Shown piece by piece: positions 56,195 through 64,000 of a stretch of 64,000 nt of DNA. The stretch spans positions 1,728,001 to 1,792,000 of the forward strand of contig CAXXMB010000002.1 of assembly GCA_963668675.2 (NCBI GenBank), read 5' to 3'. The notes under the pieces were generated by a model, which worked only from the letters and a program-made list of their open reading frames with translations, had not been told where the DNA came from and did no database searches. The DNA is from an uncultured Desulfatitalea sp. (GTDB lineage Bacteria; Desulfobacterota; Desulfobacteria; Desulfobacterales; Desulfosarcinaceae). A program made the position numbers and the translations under genes. Positions within the stretch are counted from its first letter, which is position 1. The number at the start of each line of letters is the position of its first letter.

Positions 56195-58093
56195 ATGTTT
56201 GAGATGCCGGAAGTAAAGCTTGAACTCAAAGTATTGATGCTGGACGTCGCCACCGGCTTTTACCGCATGCAACGCTACGGTGTCGGTGATTTTTTCGGTC
56301 CCGTGGATATGGGAATTCATCTGGCTTTCAAGCACAACGCCTTGACCATCGGAGGTGGGCTGCTGGCCGGATCTATTTTCCCCGGATCCAACCGGCTGAT
56401 ATTCACAGGTATCTCCCCCTGCTGGCACGGTTTTTTTGTCTCCTCCATGGGAGGGGCGGCCCTGGTTTTTGACAACCTCGGCATCAACATGCTCAGTCTC
56501 ATGGGCAAAGCCCCGCATCCTTCCCTCTTGTACCTGAACCGCAACCACGGCGAAGAAATCGAGGTGGAACTGGCTCCGGTCGAACCCGAACGGATCTGGG
56601 ATCAGGGCCGCAAAGGGGTGTATGCCGTAATGGAACATGCCATCCAACTGTTCGGTCCGAGGTATGAAAAGGACCCTCGGGTGCTGGCTGTCGGACCGGC
56701 CGCCCGCTTTACCGATTTCGGCGCCGTTGGGTCCGCCCCGGTGAAAAAAGGGAAACTGACCCCTGTAGATACCTGGGCCGGCAGGGGCGGTTTCGGCAGC
56801 AAGCTGTTTCAGGAGCACGGCCTGGTGGGGATCATCTACGGCGGTACCCATATTGATGAGGATTTTCGGGATCGCGCCGTGGCCGACCAATGGTTCCAGG
56901 ACAAGTTCAACCAGCGGATGGCAGCCAAAGACATGGCGGTCACCACCAAGTACCGTTACGACCCGAAGTTAACTACAGGCGGTACTTTCGGGGTCAATTA
57001 CGCCACCATGGACGGCGATATCCTGGCCTTCAATTACCGCACCATCCACTGGGGCCGGGAAGCGCGCAGGGGCCTTCACCAACGGTTTATTCTGGATCAC
57101 TACCTCAAACAGTTCAACGAGGAGACCATAGCGACCAAACAGCAGCGCACCTGCGGCGAACCTTGCGCGGCTGTTTGTAAGAAATTGAACGGCGCCTTCA
57201 AGAAAGACTATGAACCGTATCAGACCATGGGGCCCTTGTGCGGCATTTTCGACCAGCGGGCCGCCGAACAGCTCAACCACCATGCCGACCGCCTGGGCTT
57301 CGATGCCATCTCCGCGGGCGGAACGCTCGCCTGGCTCATGGACTGTCTGGATGGTGGGCTGATCACGCCCGCGGAGTTGGGTGTGGATCAAACGCCCAGG
57401 TGGGAAATGGCGACGTTTGATGTGGTGGGCGATTCCATGCACAATGCCGGGCTGGGTATCGCGTTGTTGAATCAGATGATACTGCCCGACGGAAAAATAC
57501 CGCTGCAATTCGGCGCCCGGAAATTTGCCCGCCGGCTGGCGCGGGAGAAGGGCCGGGAGGTGCTTGACCGTTTCGTATACAACGCCTTTGCCCGCCAGGG
57601 CTGGATGGTTCCCAACCAGTACTGGACCCCCGGCGCTTATGCGCCCATGGCCATTACGGGTAAATATTACATGCATTACGGCCGTGATTTCCTGCCACCC
57701 CGAGAGCTGGGCAGAGAAAATGCCCGACGCATGCTCAAGGAACTGATGCTGGACAATCTCGGAATCTGCCGCTTCCACCGCGCCTGGGCGGAAACATTGA
57801 TTCCCGATATCGTTGAAAATATCTTCGGGGAAAAAGATGCCTTCCTGAGATCCGTAAGTCTGACCGCCGGCCGAATTACCAGCCGCAACGCCTCGGTATT
57901 CTGGGAGTCGCAGCGCAACATGGACATGGTGTTCACCTTCCTGAAAAACAAGAAAGAGATCGACGGGGTCAGTCATCCCGAGCTGGACCATTGGATTGAT
58001 TTTTTCACCCGTGACAAACATGCCGCCGCCTACGAGTTCTGGTACGAAATGCACAAAGGCATCCATGAAATGCTTCGGGAATATCCGGTGTGA
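56195..58093 (+). CDS. Tungsto/molybdo aldehyde:ferredoxin oxidoreductase, GAPOR-like
   Basis: SSMGGA, AGRGGFG, CGEPCAAVCKK, DYEPY, DRLGFDAISAG, NLGICRFHR; adjacent to pyk. Confidence 0.82.
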   Translation: MFEMPEVKLELKVLMLDVATGFYRMQRYGVGDFFGPVDMGIHLAFKHNALTIGGGLLAGSIFPGSNRLIFTGISPCWHGFFVSSMGGAALVFDNLGINMLSLMGKAPHPSLLYLNRNHGEEIEVELAPVEPERIWDQGRKGVYAVMEHAIQLFGPRYEKDPRVLAVGPAARFTDFGAVGSAPVKKGKLTPVDTWAGRGGFGSKLFQEHGLVGIIYGGTHIDEDFRDRAVADQWFQDKFNQRMAAKDMAVTTKYRYDPKLTTGGTFGVNYATMDGDILAFNYRTIHWGREARRGLHQRFILDHYLKQFNEETIATKQQRTCGEPCAAVCKKLNGAFKKDYEPYQTMGPLCGIFDQRAAEQLNHHADRLGFDAISAGGTLAWLMDCLDGGLITPAELGVDQTPRWEMATFDVVGDSMHNAGLGIALLNQMILPDGKIPLQFGARKFARRLAREKGREVLDRFVYNAFARQGWMVPNQYWTPGAYAPMAITGKYYMHYGRDFLPPRELGRENARRMLKELMLDNLGICRFHRAWAETLIPDIVENIFGEKDAFLRSVSLTAGRITSRNASVFWESQRNMDMVFTFLKNKKEIDGVSHPELDHWIDFFTRDKHAAAYEFWYEMHKGIHEMLREYPV

Positions 58094-58522
58094 TAAAACA
58101 ATCAAAGGAGGGCCGTCCCGGCCCAGGACAGGATTAATCCGGTATTCTTTGGGGAGGCGCCCGATGCCTGGCGCGACACGCGTCCGGAGCGCCGGGACGA
58201 GTTCGTTCATTTTTACTCCTGTTACGACGCTGCGGGACCGGTGCATACCGGATACTGGATTCGTCATGTGGCGGTCTCCGATTTCACCTATGACATGGGA
58301 CGAACTCGGCAGAAACGGCATCGAACGGATGGTGGCCAAAACAAACGAGTGGGTCTATTACCTTGGCGGCCTGGCTAAATAGCAGGACCCGTACGATATG
58401 TTGAAGCCAGTGGTAAAGGGCATCAGTGGATTTATCCTGAAACATCTGTAGGACCGGGTTTTCGTTGTGTGGTCGATTGAAGACGGCGATGTTCCATGAA
58501 CCCCGGAACTGAATGTTTTATG

Positions 58523-58888
58523 AAAGAATTAAGATCAGCCGACAAGGCGGATTCAGGCGACGACAAATTAGCGGTCACTATCGATCGCCAGTAGCAGGAA
58601 GGAGGTGATACATATGCCAAATAAAGATGGAACTGGACCCAAAGGTCAGGGACCGAAAGACGGTCATGGTAAAGGCAAGGGAAAGGGCAAGGGCAACAGT
58701 TCTGGTCAAGGTCCGATGACTGGAGGAAAGAAAGGAAGTAAGGAAGAAACCAAAAAGTAAGCCAGTTTTAAAAACGAGAATTGAGGGCTTACGAACAATT
58801 GCCTGAGCGCAGACCAAAAAGGCCGGGGCTAACATTATCGTTGGTCTTCATGTCTTGTTTCCCGGCCTTTTTTGGCCGCTTATGCGGA
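58523..58888 (+). repeat. 366-bp perfect direct repeat, copy 2
   Basis: Identical to 42173-42538 (offset 16,350). Confidence 0.97.
58614..58760 (+). CDS. 48-aa Gly/Lys-rich small protein (DUF5320-like), copy 2
   Basis: Identical to 42264-42410. Confidence 0.8.
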   Translation: MPNKDGTGPKGQGPKDGHGKGKGKGKGNSSGQGPMTGGKKGSKEETKK

Positions 58889-58897
58889 CCGTTATGG
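58790..58897 (+). other. Degenerate attC-like palindrome, copy 2
   Basis: As copy 1, ending GCTTATGCGGACC-GTTATGG. Confidence 0.5.
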
Positions 58898-58929
58898 ATG
58901 AAGCAACAAAACGGGAAGAGGAATTGCGA

Positions 58930-59952
58930 ATGAACAACGATAAACTCAGATCAGTGGCAAAAGCAATCGTCGCGAAACAGAAGGGCGTGCTGGCGGCTGA
59001 CGAAAGCAATCCCACGATCAAAAAGCGCTTCGATTCGATCAAGGTCGAGTCCACCGAAGAAAATCGCCAACGGTACCGCGAAATCCTCTTCACAACCGAA
59101 GGGATTGAACGCTATATCGGGGGTGTGATTCTCTTCGACGAAACCCTGCGCCAAAGCACGCGAGATGGCACTCCCTTTGCCGAGCTACTATCGAGCCGGG
59201 GGATTGTACCAGGGATCAAGGTGGACAGAGGCGCTAAAGCGCTGGCCTTGTACCCTGAAGAAAAAATCGCCGAGGGGCTTGACGGCCTGCGCGAGCGACT
59301 CGTCGAGTACAAACAGATGGGGGCTAAGTTCGCGAAGTGGCGGGCGGTTATTGAGATCAACGAGCGCGATGTTCCTACCGCGTTCGGTATTCGTGCGAAT
59401 GCCCACGTATTGGCGCGTTACGCCGCGCTCTGCCAGGAATTGGATATCGTGCCGATCGTGGAACCCGAAGTCCTCATGGATGGTGCCCACGACATCGAAC
59501 GCTGCGAAGGTGTCACATCCAGGGTTCTCGATGCCGTGTTCACCGAGCTTGATGCCCATCGCGTGCTGTTCGAGGGTATGTTACTAAAGCCGAATATGAT
59601 TATTGCCGGCATGAAATGCGCGCGTCAGGAAAGCGTGCAGCGGGTTGCCGAGGCCACGATTCGTTGCATGATCCGCTACGTGCCGGCGGCTGTCCCCGGA
59701 ATCGTATTCCTGTCCGGTGGGCAGAGTGCGGAAGATGCCACTGATCACCTGAATGCCATCAACATGATGGGCCCGCATCCGTGGCAAGTCAGTTTTTCTT
59801 ATGGGCGCGCGCTGCAGGCACCGGTGCTTGCAGCCTGGAAAGGTCAGGAAAGCAATATGGCTGCCGCTCAGAAGACGTTCCTGAAACGCTGCCAGTTGAA
59901 CGGCCTAGCTCGCGACGGGAAGTATACCCGGGCAATGGAAACGGCTGGATAA
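58930..59952 (+). CDS. Fructose-bisphosphate aldolase class I
   Basis: [45 protein letters not shown]. Confidence 0.96.
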   Translation: MNNDKLRSVAKAIVAKQKGVLAADESNPTIKKRFDSIKVESTEENRQRYREILFTTEGIERYIGGVILFDETLRQSTRDGTPFAELLSSRGIVPGIKVDRGAKALALYPEEKIAEGLDGLRERLVEYKQMGAKFAKWRAVIEINERDVPTAFGIRANAHVLARYAALCQELDIVPIVEPEVLMDGAHDIERCEGVTSRVLDAVFTELDAHRVLFEGMLLKPNMIIAGMKCARQESVQRVAEATIRCMIRYVPAAVPGIVFLSGGQSAEDATDHLNAINMMGPHPWQVSFSYGRALQAPVLAAWKGQESNMAAAQKTFLKRCQLNGLARDGKYTRAMETAG

Positions 59953-59982
59953 TCAGTATGATTTAATCGCAATAGAAACCTG

Positions 59983-60136
59983 GTATTCGTCGCAGCTTAA
60001 GCGGGCTATGCGAACGCTCTGGGTGGTTCTTGACCAACTCGACCAAATGTGGATTCCAGTTGTCCCCGATTGGAGGCTGAATGAGCGACATTACAGGGCT
60101 TTGCCGGGGCTCAACAAAGCCAAGACAGCCTCCAAA
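59983..60136 (+). pseudogene. gpmA: Internal fragment of a second gpmA copy
   Basis: Highly similar DNA to 42717-42870. Confidence 0.9.
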
Positions 60137-60191
60137 TTATGAGACACCTGATCCGATTAAATTAAGCTCCAATCTTTGGCAATTTTCGTCA

Positions 60192-60248
60192 CGACAAGTC
60201 GATTCCCCTTATTGACGACCGGCGGGACCACAACGTCGAGGTACGATT
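60192..60248 (+). pseudogene. 3'-end remnant of a second cyclic glucan synthase copy
   Basis: 54/57 nt identical to 38703-38759. Confidence 0.85.
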
Positions 60249-60358
60249 GCCCAGGACGCCGCCAACATCCTTTAAAACCGCTTAAAAGACCCATCCGCAC
60301 CGGCGTCCTGTCCAAATGACAGGCCAACGATTGGCCATGGTCGCAACCATCGCAAAAA

Positions 60359-60504
60359 GGTCAAATGTGACCACCGGTTGAATATGACCCTTTTTAGATG
60401 GCGATTAACGGTGGACCCGGAATGTTTGTTTAGTAAAATAAGATTAAATATCAGCAGCATGGGTATCATTACAGTGAGTGTATGGTACCTGGCACAAAAA
60501 TTGG
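60359..60504 (+). promoter_or_regulatory. Sigma-54 promoter module copy 4
   Basis: GGTCAAATGTGACCACCGGTTGAATATGACC 60359-60389; TATCAGCAGCATG 60449; TGGCACAAAAATTGG with GG at 60491. Confidence 0.8.
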
Positions 60505-60782
60505 ATATCCAGCAATTAGAAGATACTGGCACGACGATTTCCATCAGCGCTCCCTGTCATCTTCCAAAACGCGATGAGCGCTGCCTGTGAACCGCTGCCG
60601 ACCGCAGTATCACCGCCGCCTGACGTTCGTAATGCCTTGTTTCCGAATTCATTTCGGCGTTGGTCCGACAATCGCGCCGCCAATCTTCAACCGGTGGAGA
60701 ATTAAGACAAGTTCCGAAAAAAGCCCCATCGGTCTGTTACACGGGAACTTCACTACACCCGTTATTCAACAGGAGGTCTATC

Positions 60783-60962
60783 ATGAAATCAAGCACCCAG
60801 GACAACACAGAAGGCAAGTGGCACAAAGTGAAGGGCAAGATCAAGCAGGTCGCCGGAAAAACAGTCGGAAACCGCGACCTGGAAGCCGAAGGCCAAGCCG
60901 AAAATCTTGGCGGTAAAGTTCAAGAAAAGATCGGCGAGATCAAGAACGTCGTTGGGAAGTAA
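60783..60962 (+). CDS. csbD: CsbD family stress protein
   Basis: AGGAGG SD; EGKWHKVKGKIKQVAGKTVGNRDLEAEG. Confidence 0.92.
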   Translation: MKSSTQDNTEGKWHKVKGKIKQVAGKTVGNRDLEAEGQAENLGGKVQEKIGEIKNVVGK

Positions 60963-60966
60963 ACAT

Positions 60967-61236
60967 ATGGCAACCCATCCGGATGCAAAACGAAAAGATG
61001 TCCTGGAAAAGATCGCCCGCCAGGCGATGCAGACTTATGGCTTCCTGCCCGATTTCTCAGCGGATGCCCTTGGCGAACTGGAGACGGTGCAGCAAGGCGA
61101 TCATGTGGCAGAATCTCCCGGGGTAGACCTGCGCTATCTGCTCTGGGCTTCCATTGACAACCATGATTCCCTGGATCTGGACCAATTGACCGCGGCCCAG
61201 TTTCGCGGAATCGCTCCTGGTCTTCAACGGCTTTAG
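60967..61236 (+). pseudogene. N-terminal fragment of a second RNB ribonuclease copy
   Basis: Paralog of 25894 (YGFLPDFSAD...SIDNHDSLDLDQLT), truncated. Confidence 0.88.
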
Positions 61237-61430
61237 TTTCCCGAGCCGCCACACCATGGCGGCCACGCTGCTCTATGGCGTGCTGGCCGCATTCGTCATG
61301 GTTCTGCTGGTCGGCTTCAGCCGCGTGTGTCTGGGTGCACATTATCTGAGCGATGTGCTGGGCGCCGCCGCGGCGGGTTTGACCTGGCTGGCGTTGACGC
61401 TGACGGCGGTCGACACCTTGCGCCACAATC
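61235..61430 (+). pseudogene. PAP2 phosphatase C-terminal fragment
   Basis: SFPSRH (degenerate PSGH) and SRVCLGAHYLSD. Confidence 0.75.
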
Positions 61431-61655
61431 GCGGTCAGCAGGTGTACAGCTATGGGATCGGGCGCCTGCTGCGTGCGGCCGTCTCATTGGTTTTGGCACT
61501 GACGCGAAGGCGCTTTCCCGTTGCCCGAACAATGGCGATCGCCCGGCATAGCGTACGGAGAAACCGAATGAAGCTGCAACCGCAAACCAAGCACCCCCCG
61601 GGTTTTCCGACACGGATGATGACGCGCTCTTCACCCAGTATACGGGAGTTGCCCC

Positions 61656-63002
61656 ATGAATAAGTTCAACCAGCTTTGGAGCAATTTGCGATCAAACTTT
61701 TGGTTTATGCCCTCGCTGATTGTCCTGGTCAGCATTGCTCTCGCAACCGTGTTGATCGAGGCGGACTCCGCCGGTAGCGACCGATGGCTGGCCCAGTGGC
61801 CACGCCTGTTTGGGGCCGGTCCGGAAGGAGCGCGCGGGATGATGTCAACGATTGCCGGTTCGATGATGTCCGTGGTGGGCGTTACGTTCTCCATGATATT
61901 GGTGGTGCTGGCGCTGGCCTCGAGCCAATACACCTCGCGCATTCTGCGCAACTTCATGCGCAGTCGCGTCACGCAGGTCGTGCTCGGGATCTTCGCCGGC
62001 ATTTTCACCTATTGCCTGATCGTGTTGCGCACCATCCGCGGAGGAGACGGGGGCGTATTTGTTCCAAGCCTGGCCGTGTTCTTCGGTTTAGTGCTGGCGC
62101 TTGGAGGTGTCGGTACCCTCATGTTCTTCATTCATCACATCGCCTCTTCGATCCAGGCTTCCAGCATCATCGCCTCTGTCGCCCAGGAAACCACGACGTC
62201 CATCGACCGGCTTTTCCCGGAAAGACATGGACAAGGGCTGGGCGAAGACGATGATGACCAAACGCTGTGCCCTCTATCCAATCGGAATTGGCGCATCGTC
62301 CCGGCCATGCAGAGCGGCTATATCCAGAGCGTTAACAACGCAGCGCTTCTGCGCCTGGCGCTTGACAGGAAAACCATCGTAAGGATGGAACACGGCATCG
62401 GCGAGTTCGTTGTTCAAAACACCATGCTGGCCTCAGTCGCCCTGCCAGACCCACCGGAAGAAGAGACGATTGCCGCCGTGCAGGCGGCTTTCAGCATCAG
62501 CCGCCACCGCACGGTAGAACAGGACGCGGCCTTCGGCATCCGACAGATCGTGGATGTGGCCTTGAAAGCACTCTCTCCCGGTATCAACGACACAACGACG
62601 GCCGTGATGTGCGTGGATTATTTGACGACGATTCTGGCTCGGATCGCGCCGCGGGAGATACCCTCTCCTTACCGCTACGAGGATGGGGAACTGCGCGTGA
62701 TCGCCATGGGGCCGAGCTTTGAAAGCTTGCTGGCCGATTCGTTCGATCAAATTCGGAGTAATGCCAAAGGCGATGTCGCCATCATGTTGCGGATGCTCGG
62801 GGCGCTTCAAACCATCGCCGGTCTGACGACCAGCCCTCACCGGCGGCGGGCGCTTGGCGATCATATGCGATGGATCGCCGAATTGGCTGACCGCACCCTC
62901 GCGTCCGCCCATGACCGTGAGAGGATCGACGCACGGTTGGCGCGAGCATGCGAAGCGATCGGAACAAAGTCCGCGTTGGGCCCAGGGAAGCATGAAGGAT
63001 AA
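61656..63002 (+). CDS. DUF2254-like membrane protein
   Basis: FWFMP, LASSQYTSR, RTVEQD, KALSPGINDTTTA. Confidence 0.88.
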   Translation: MNKFNQLWSNLRSNFWFMPSLIVLVSIALATVLIEADSAGSDRWLAQWPRLFGAGPEGARGMMSTIAGSMMSVVGVTFSMILVVLALASSQYTSRILRNFMRSRVTQVVLGIFAGIFTYCLIVLRTIRGGDGGVFVPSLAVFFGLVLALGGVGTLMFFIHHIASSIQASSIIASVAQETTTSIDRLFPERHGQGLGEDDDDQTLCPLSNRNWRIVPAMQSGYIQSVNNAALLRLALDRKTIVRMEHGIGEFVVQNTMLASVALPDPPEEETIAAVQAAFSISRHRTVEQDAAFGIRQIVDVALKALSPGINDTTTAVMCVDYLTTILARIAPREIPSPYRYEDGELRVIAMGPSFESLLADSFDQIRSNAKGDVAIMLRMLGALQTIAGLTTSPHRRRALGDHMRWIAELADRTLASAHDRERIDARLARACEAIGTKSALGPGKHEG

Positions 63003-63006
63003 GGGA

Positions 63007-63255
63007 TTGAAGACCGGGGAAGCCATATTACGTATTCCGCATTAGGGCAGCAGGCTCCCCTCGAAGAAAAGGAAAAAAAGGGACCCTGACTTCGCCAAGC
63101 GCAAGAAGATGAAAGCACTCCTCGATAAACTTATCCACTAGTTTTCCGTGCGCTTGGGTGGCACCAAATCCGTGGATGTCACCAAGCCGGGCATTGATAA
63201 AGCCTACGGGATTCGAAAACTCCGGGACACCCTTGGTATTGCTACAAAGGATAAG
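63007..63255 (+). pseudogene. HAD-IIB / phosphomannomutase-like fragment
   Basis: IEDRGSHITYSALGQQAP and VRLGGTKSVDVTKPGIDKAYG with a frameshift and a stop. Confidence 0.7.
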
Positions 63256-63578
63256 CTGCTTGAACACAAGCTGTACATCAACAAGCACGACCAGGGCAAG
63301 TCGGAGATTCTCAACTGGAAATGAGGCAACCCCCTATGAACGACCAAAAACATATAGATAGCGAAAGGAACGCGGGAGTGTATGAGGCGCTGAACTGCAA
63401 CGGCCAAGGCCACCATACCATGGCCATCGATTTTGAGCGCATGAAATGGGCCGAGCGGGTGTTTGATCTGGATCGGCTGTGCGGCGAACTAAAACACTTT
63501 TCATCCGACAAATTCCAATTGTTGGAACTTTCGAAATTAGAATTTACAATCGCCGTTTTGGCAGAAAGGCGGAATCGC

Positions 63579-64000
63579 ATGTTCCAACAAATTCTTTGTC
63601 CAACTGACTTGAAGAAGCGGACCGATATCGCTGTTAAAAAGGCTGTACAGATAGCCCATCAGTTCGGTTCAAAAATCACTCTGCTCAATATCCACGAAGA
63701 GTTCATGGATAAGGACGAACGGGAAATGCTGCGCGTTAGCGTTAACAAAATGAAAGAAAAATTCAGACACATCGCTTTCGATTCTAAAGAAGAGATGAAG
63801 GCTGTCATCCATAGGTTACATGCCGATGATATTGAAGTGGAGTACCTTTTGCATGACGGCAAGCCGGAAAAGGTCATCGTGGAGGTTGCCGTGCAACTTG
63901 GAATAGATCTGATCGTTATGTGTACTGACGGTAGGGATGGCCTCATGGATTTCGTTACCGGCACCATTACCGAGCATGTTATCAATGCATCCCCATGCCC
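63579..64000 (+). CDS. Universal stress protein (runs off the window)
   Basis: FQQILCPTD, GKPEKVIV, DLIVM, GTITEHVINASPC. Confidence 0.9.
   Translation, partial: MFQQILCPTDLKKRTDIAVKKAVQIAHQFGSKITLLNIHEEFMDKDEREMLRVSVNKMKEKFRHIAFDSKEEMKAVIHRLHADDIEVEYLLHDGKPEKVIVEVAVQLGIDLIVMCTDGRDGLMDFVTGTITEHVINASPC

Noticed and set aside
58094..58520. Protein-like fragments after the GAPOR-like gene (also 46467-46680)
   Set aside because: Probably remnants, but I could not assign them
60526..60542. Second TGGCAC box downstream of promoter copy 4
   Set aside because: -12 element absent (TC) and spacing to the UAS does not match the other copies

Overview
Bacterial window, probably from an anaerobic Desulfobacterales-like deltaproteobacterium (inferred from desulfoferrodoxin and other gene content). 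Bases 1-13,000 look like ordinary core genome: prmA, mgtE with a candidate leader-peptide/hairpin regulator, a radical SAM gene, an acyltransferase, a fused glycosyltransferase and pabA/pabB-pabC. From about 13.2 kb to the end, nearly everything is on the + strand and forms a mosaic accessory island. Its organising feature is a four-copy sigma-54 promoter module: a 31-bp palindromic UAS, an IHF-like site and a -24/-12 box at constant spacing. The module is probably read by the membrane-anchored PAS enhancer-binding protein encoded just upstream of the first copy. Island cargo includes O2/stress defence and membrane remodelling genes (Fe-SOD fusion, superoxide reductase, OYE, desaturase, FtsH, ClsB, CsbD, USP), a 2930-aa cyclic beta-1,2-glucan synthase and a complete Na+-type N-ATPase operon. 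It also carries glycolytic genes, including an archaeal-type GAPOR-like oxidoreductase, pyk, class I aldolase and gpmA. The island is heavily eroded, with more than 10 gene remnants and several in-frame chimeras. It contains an IS1595 composite transposon with an 8-bp target duplication carrying a GDSL hydrolase, and a perfect 366-bp direct repeat holding a 48-aa ORF followed by an attC-like hairpin. All family calls come from motif recognition by eye, not database searches.
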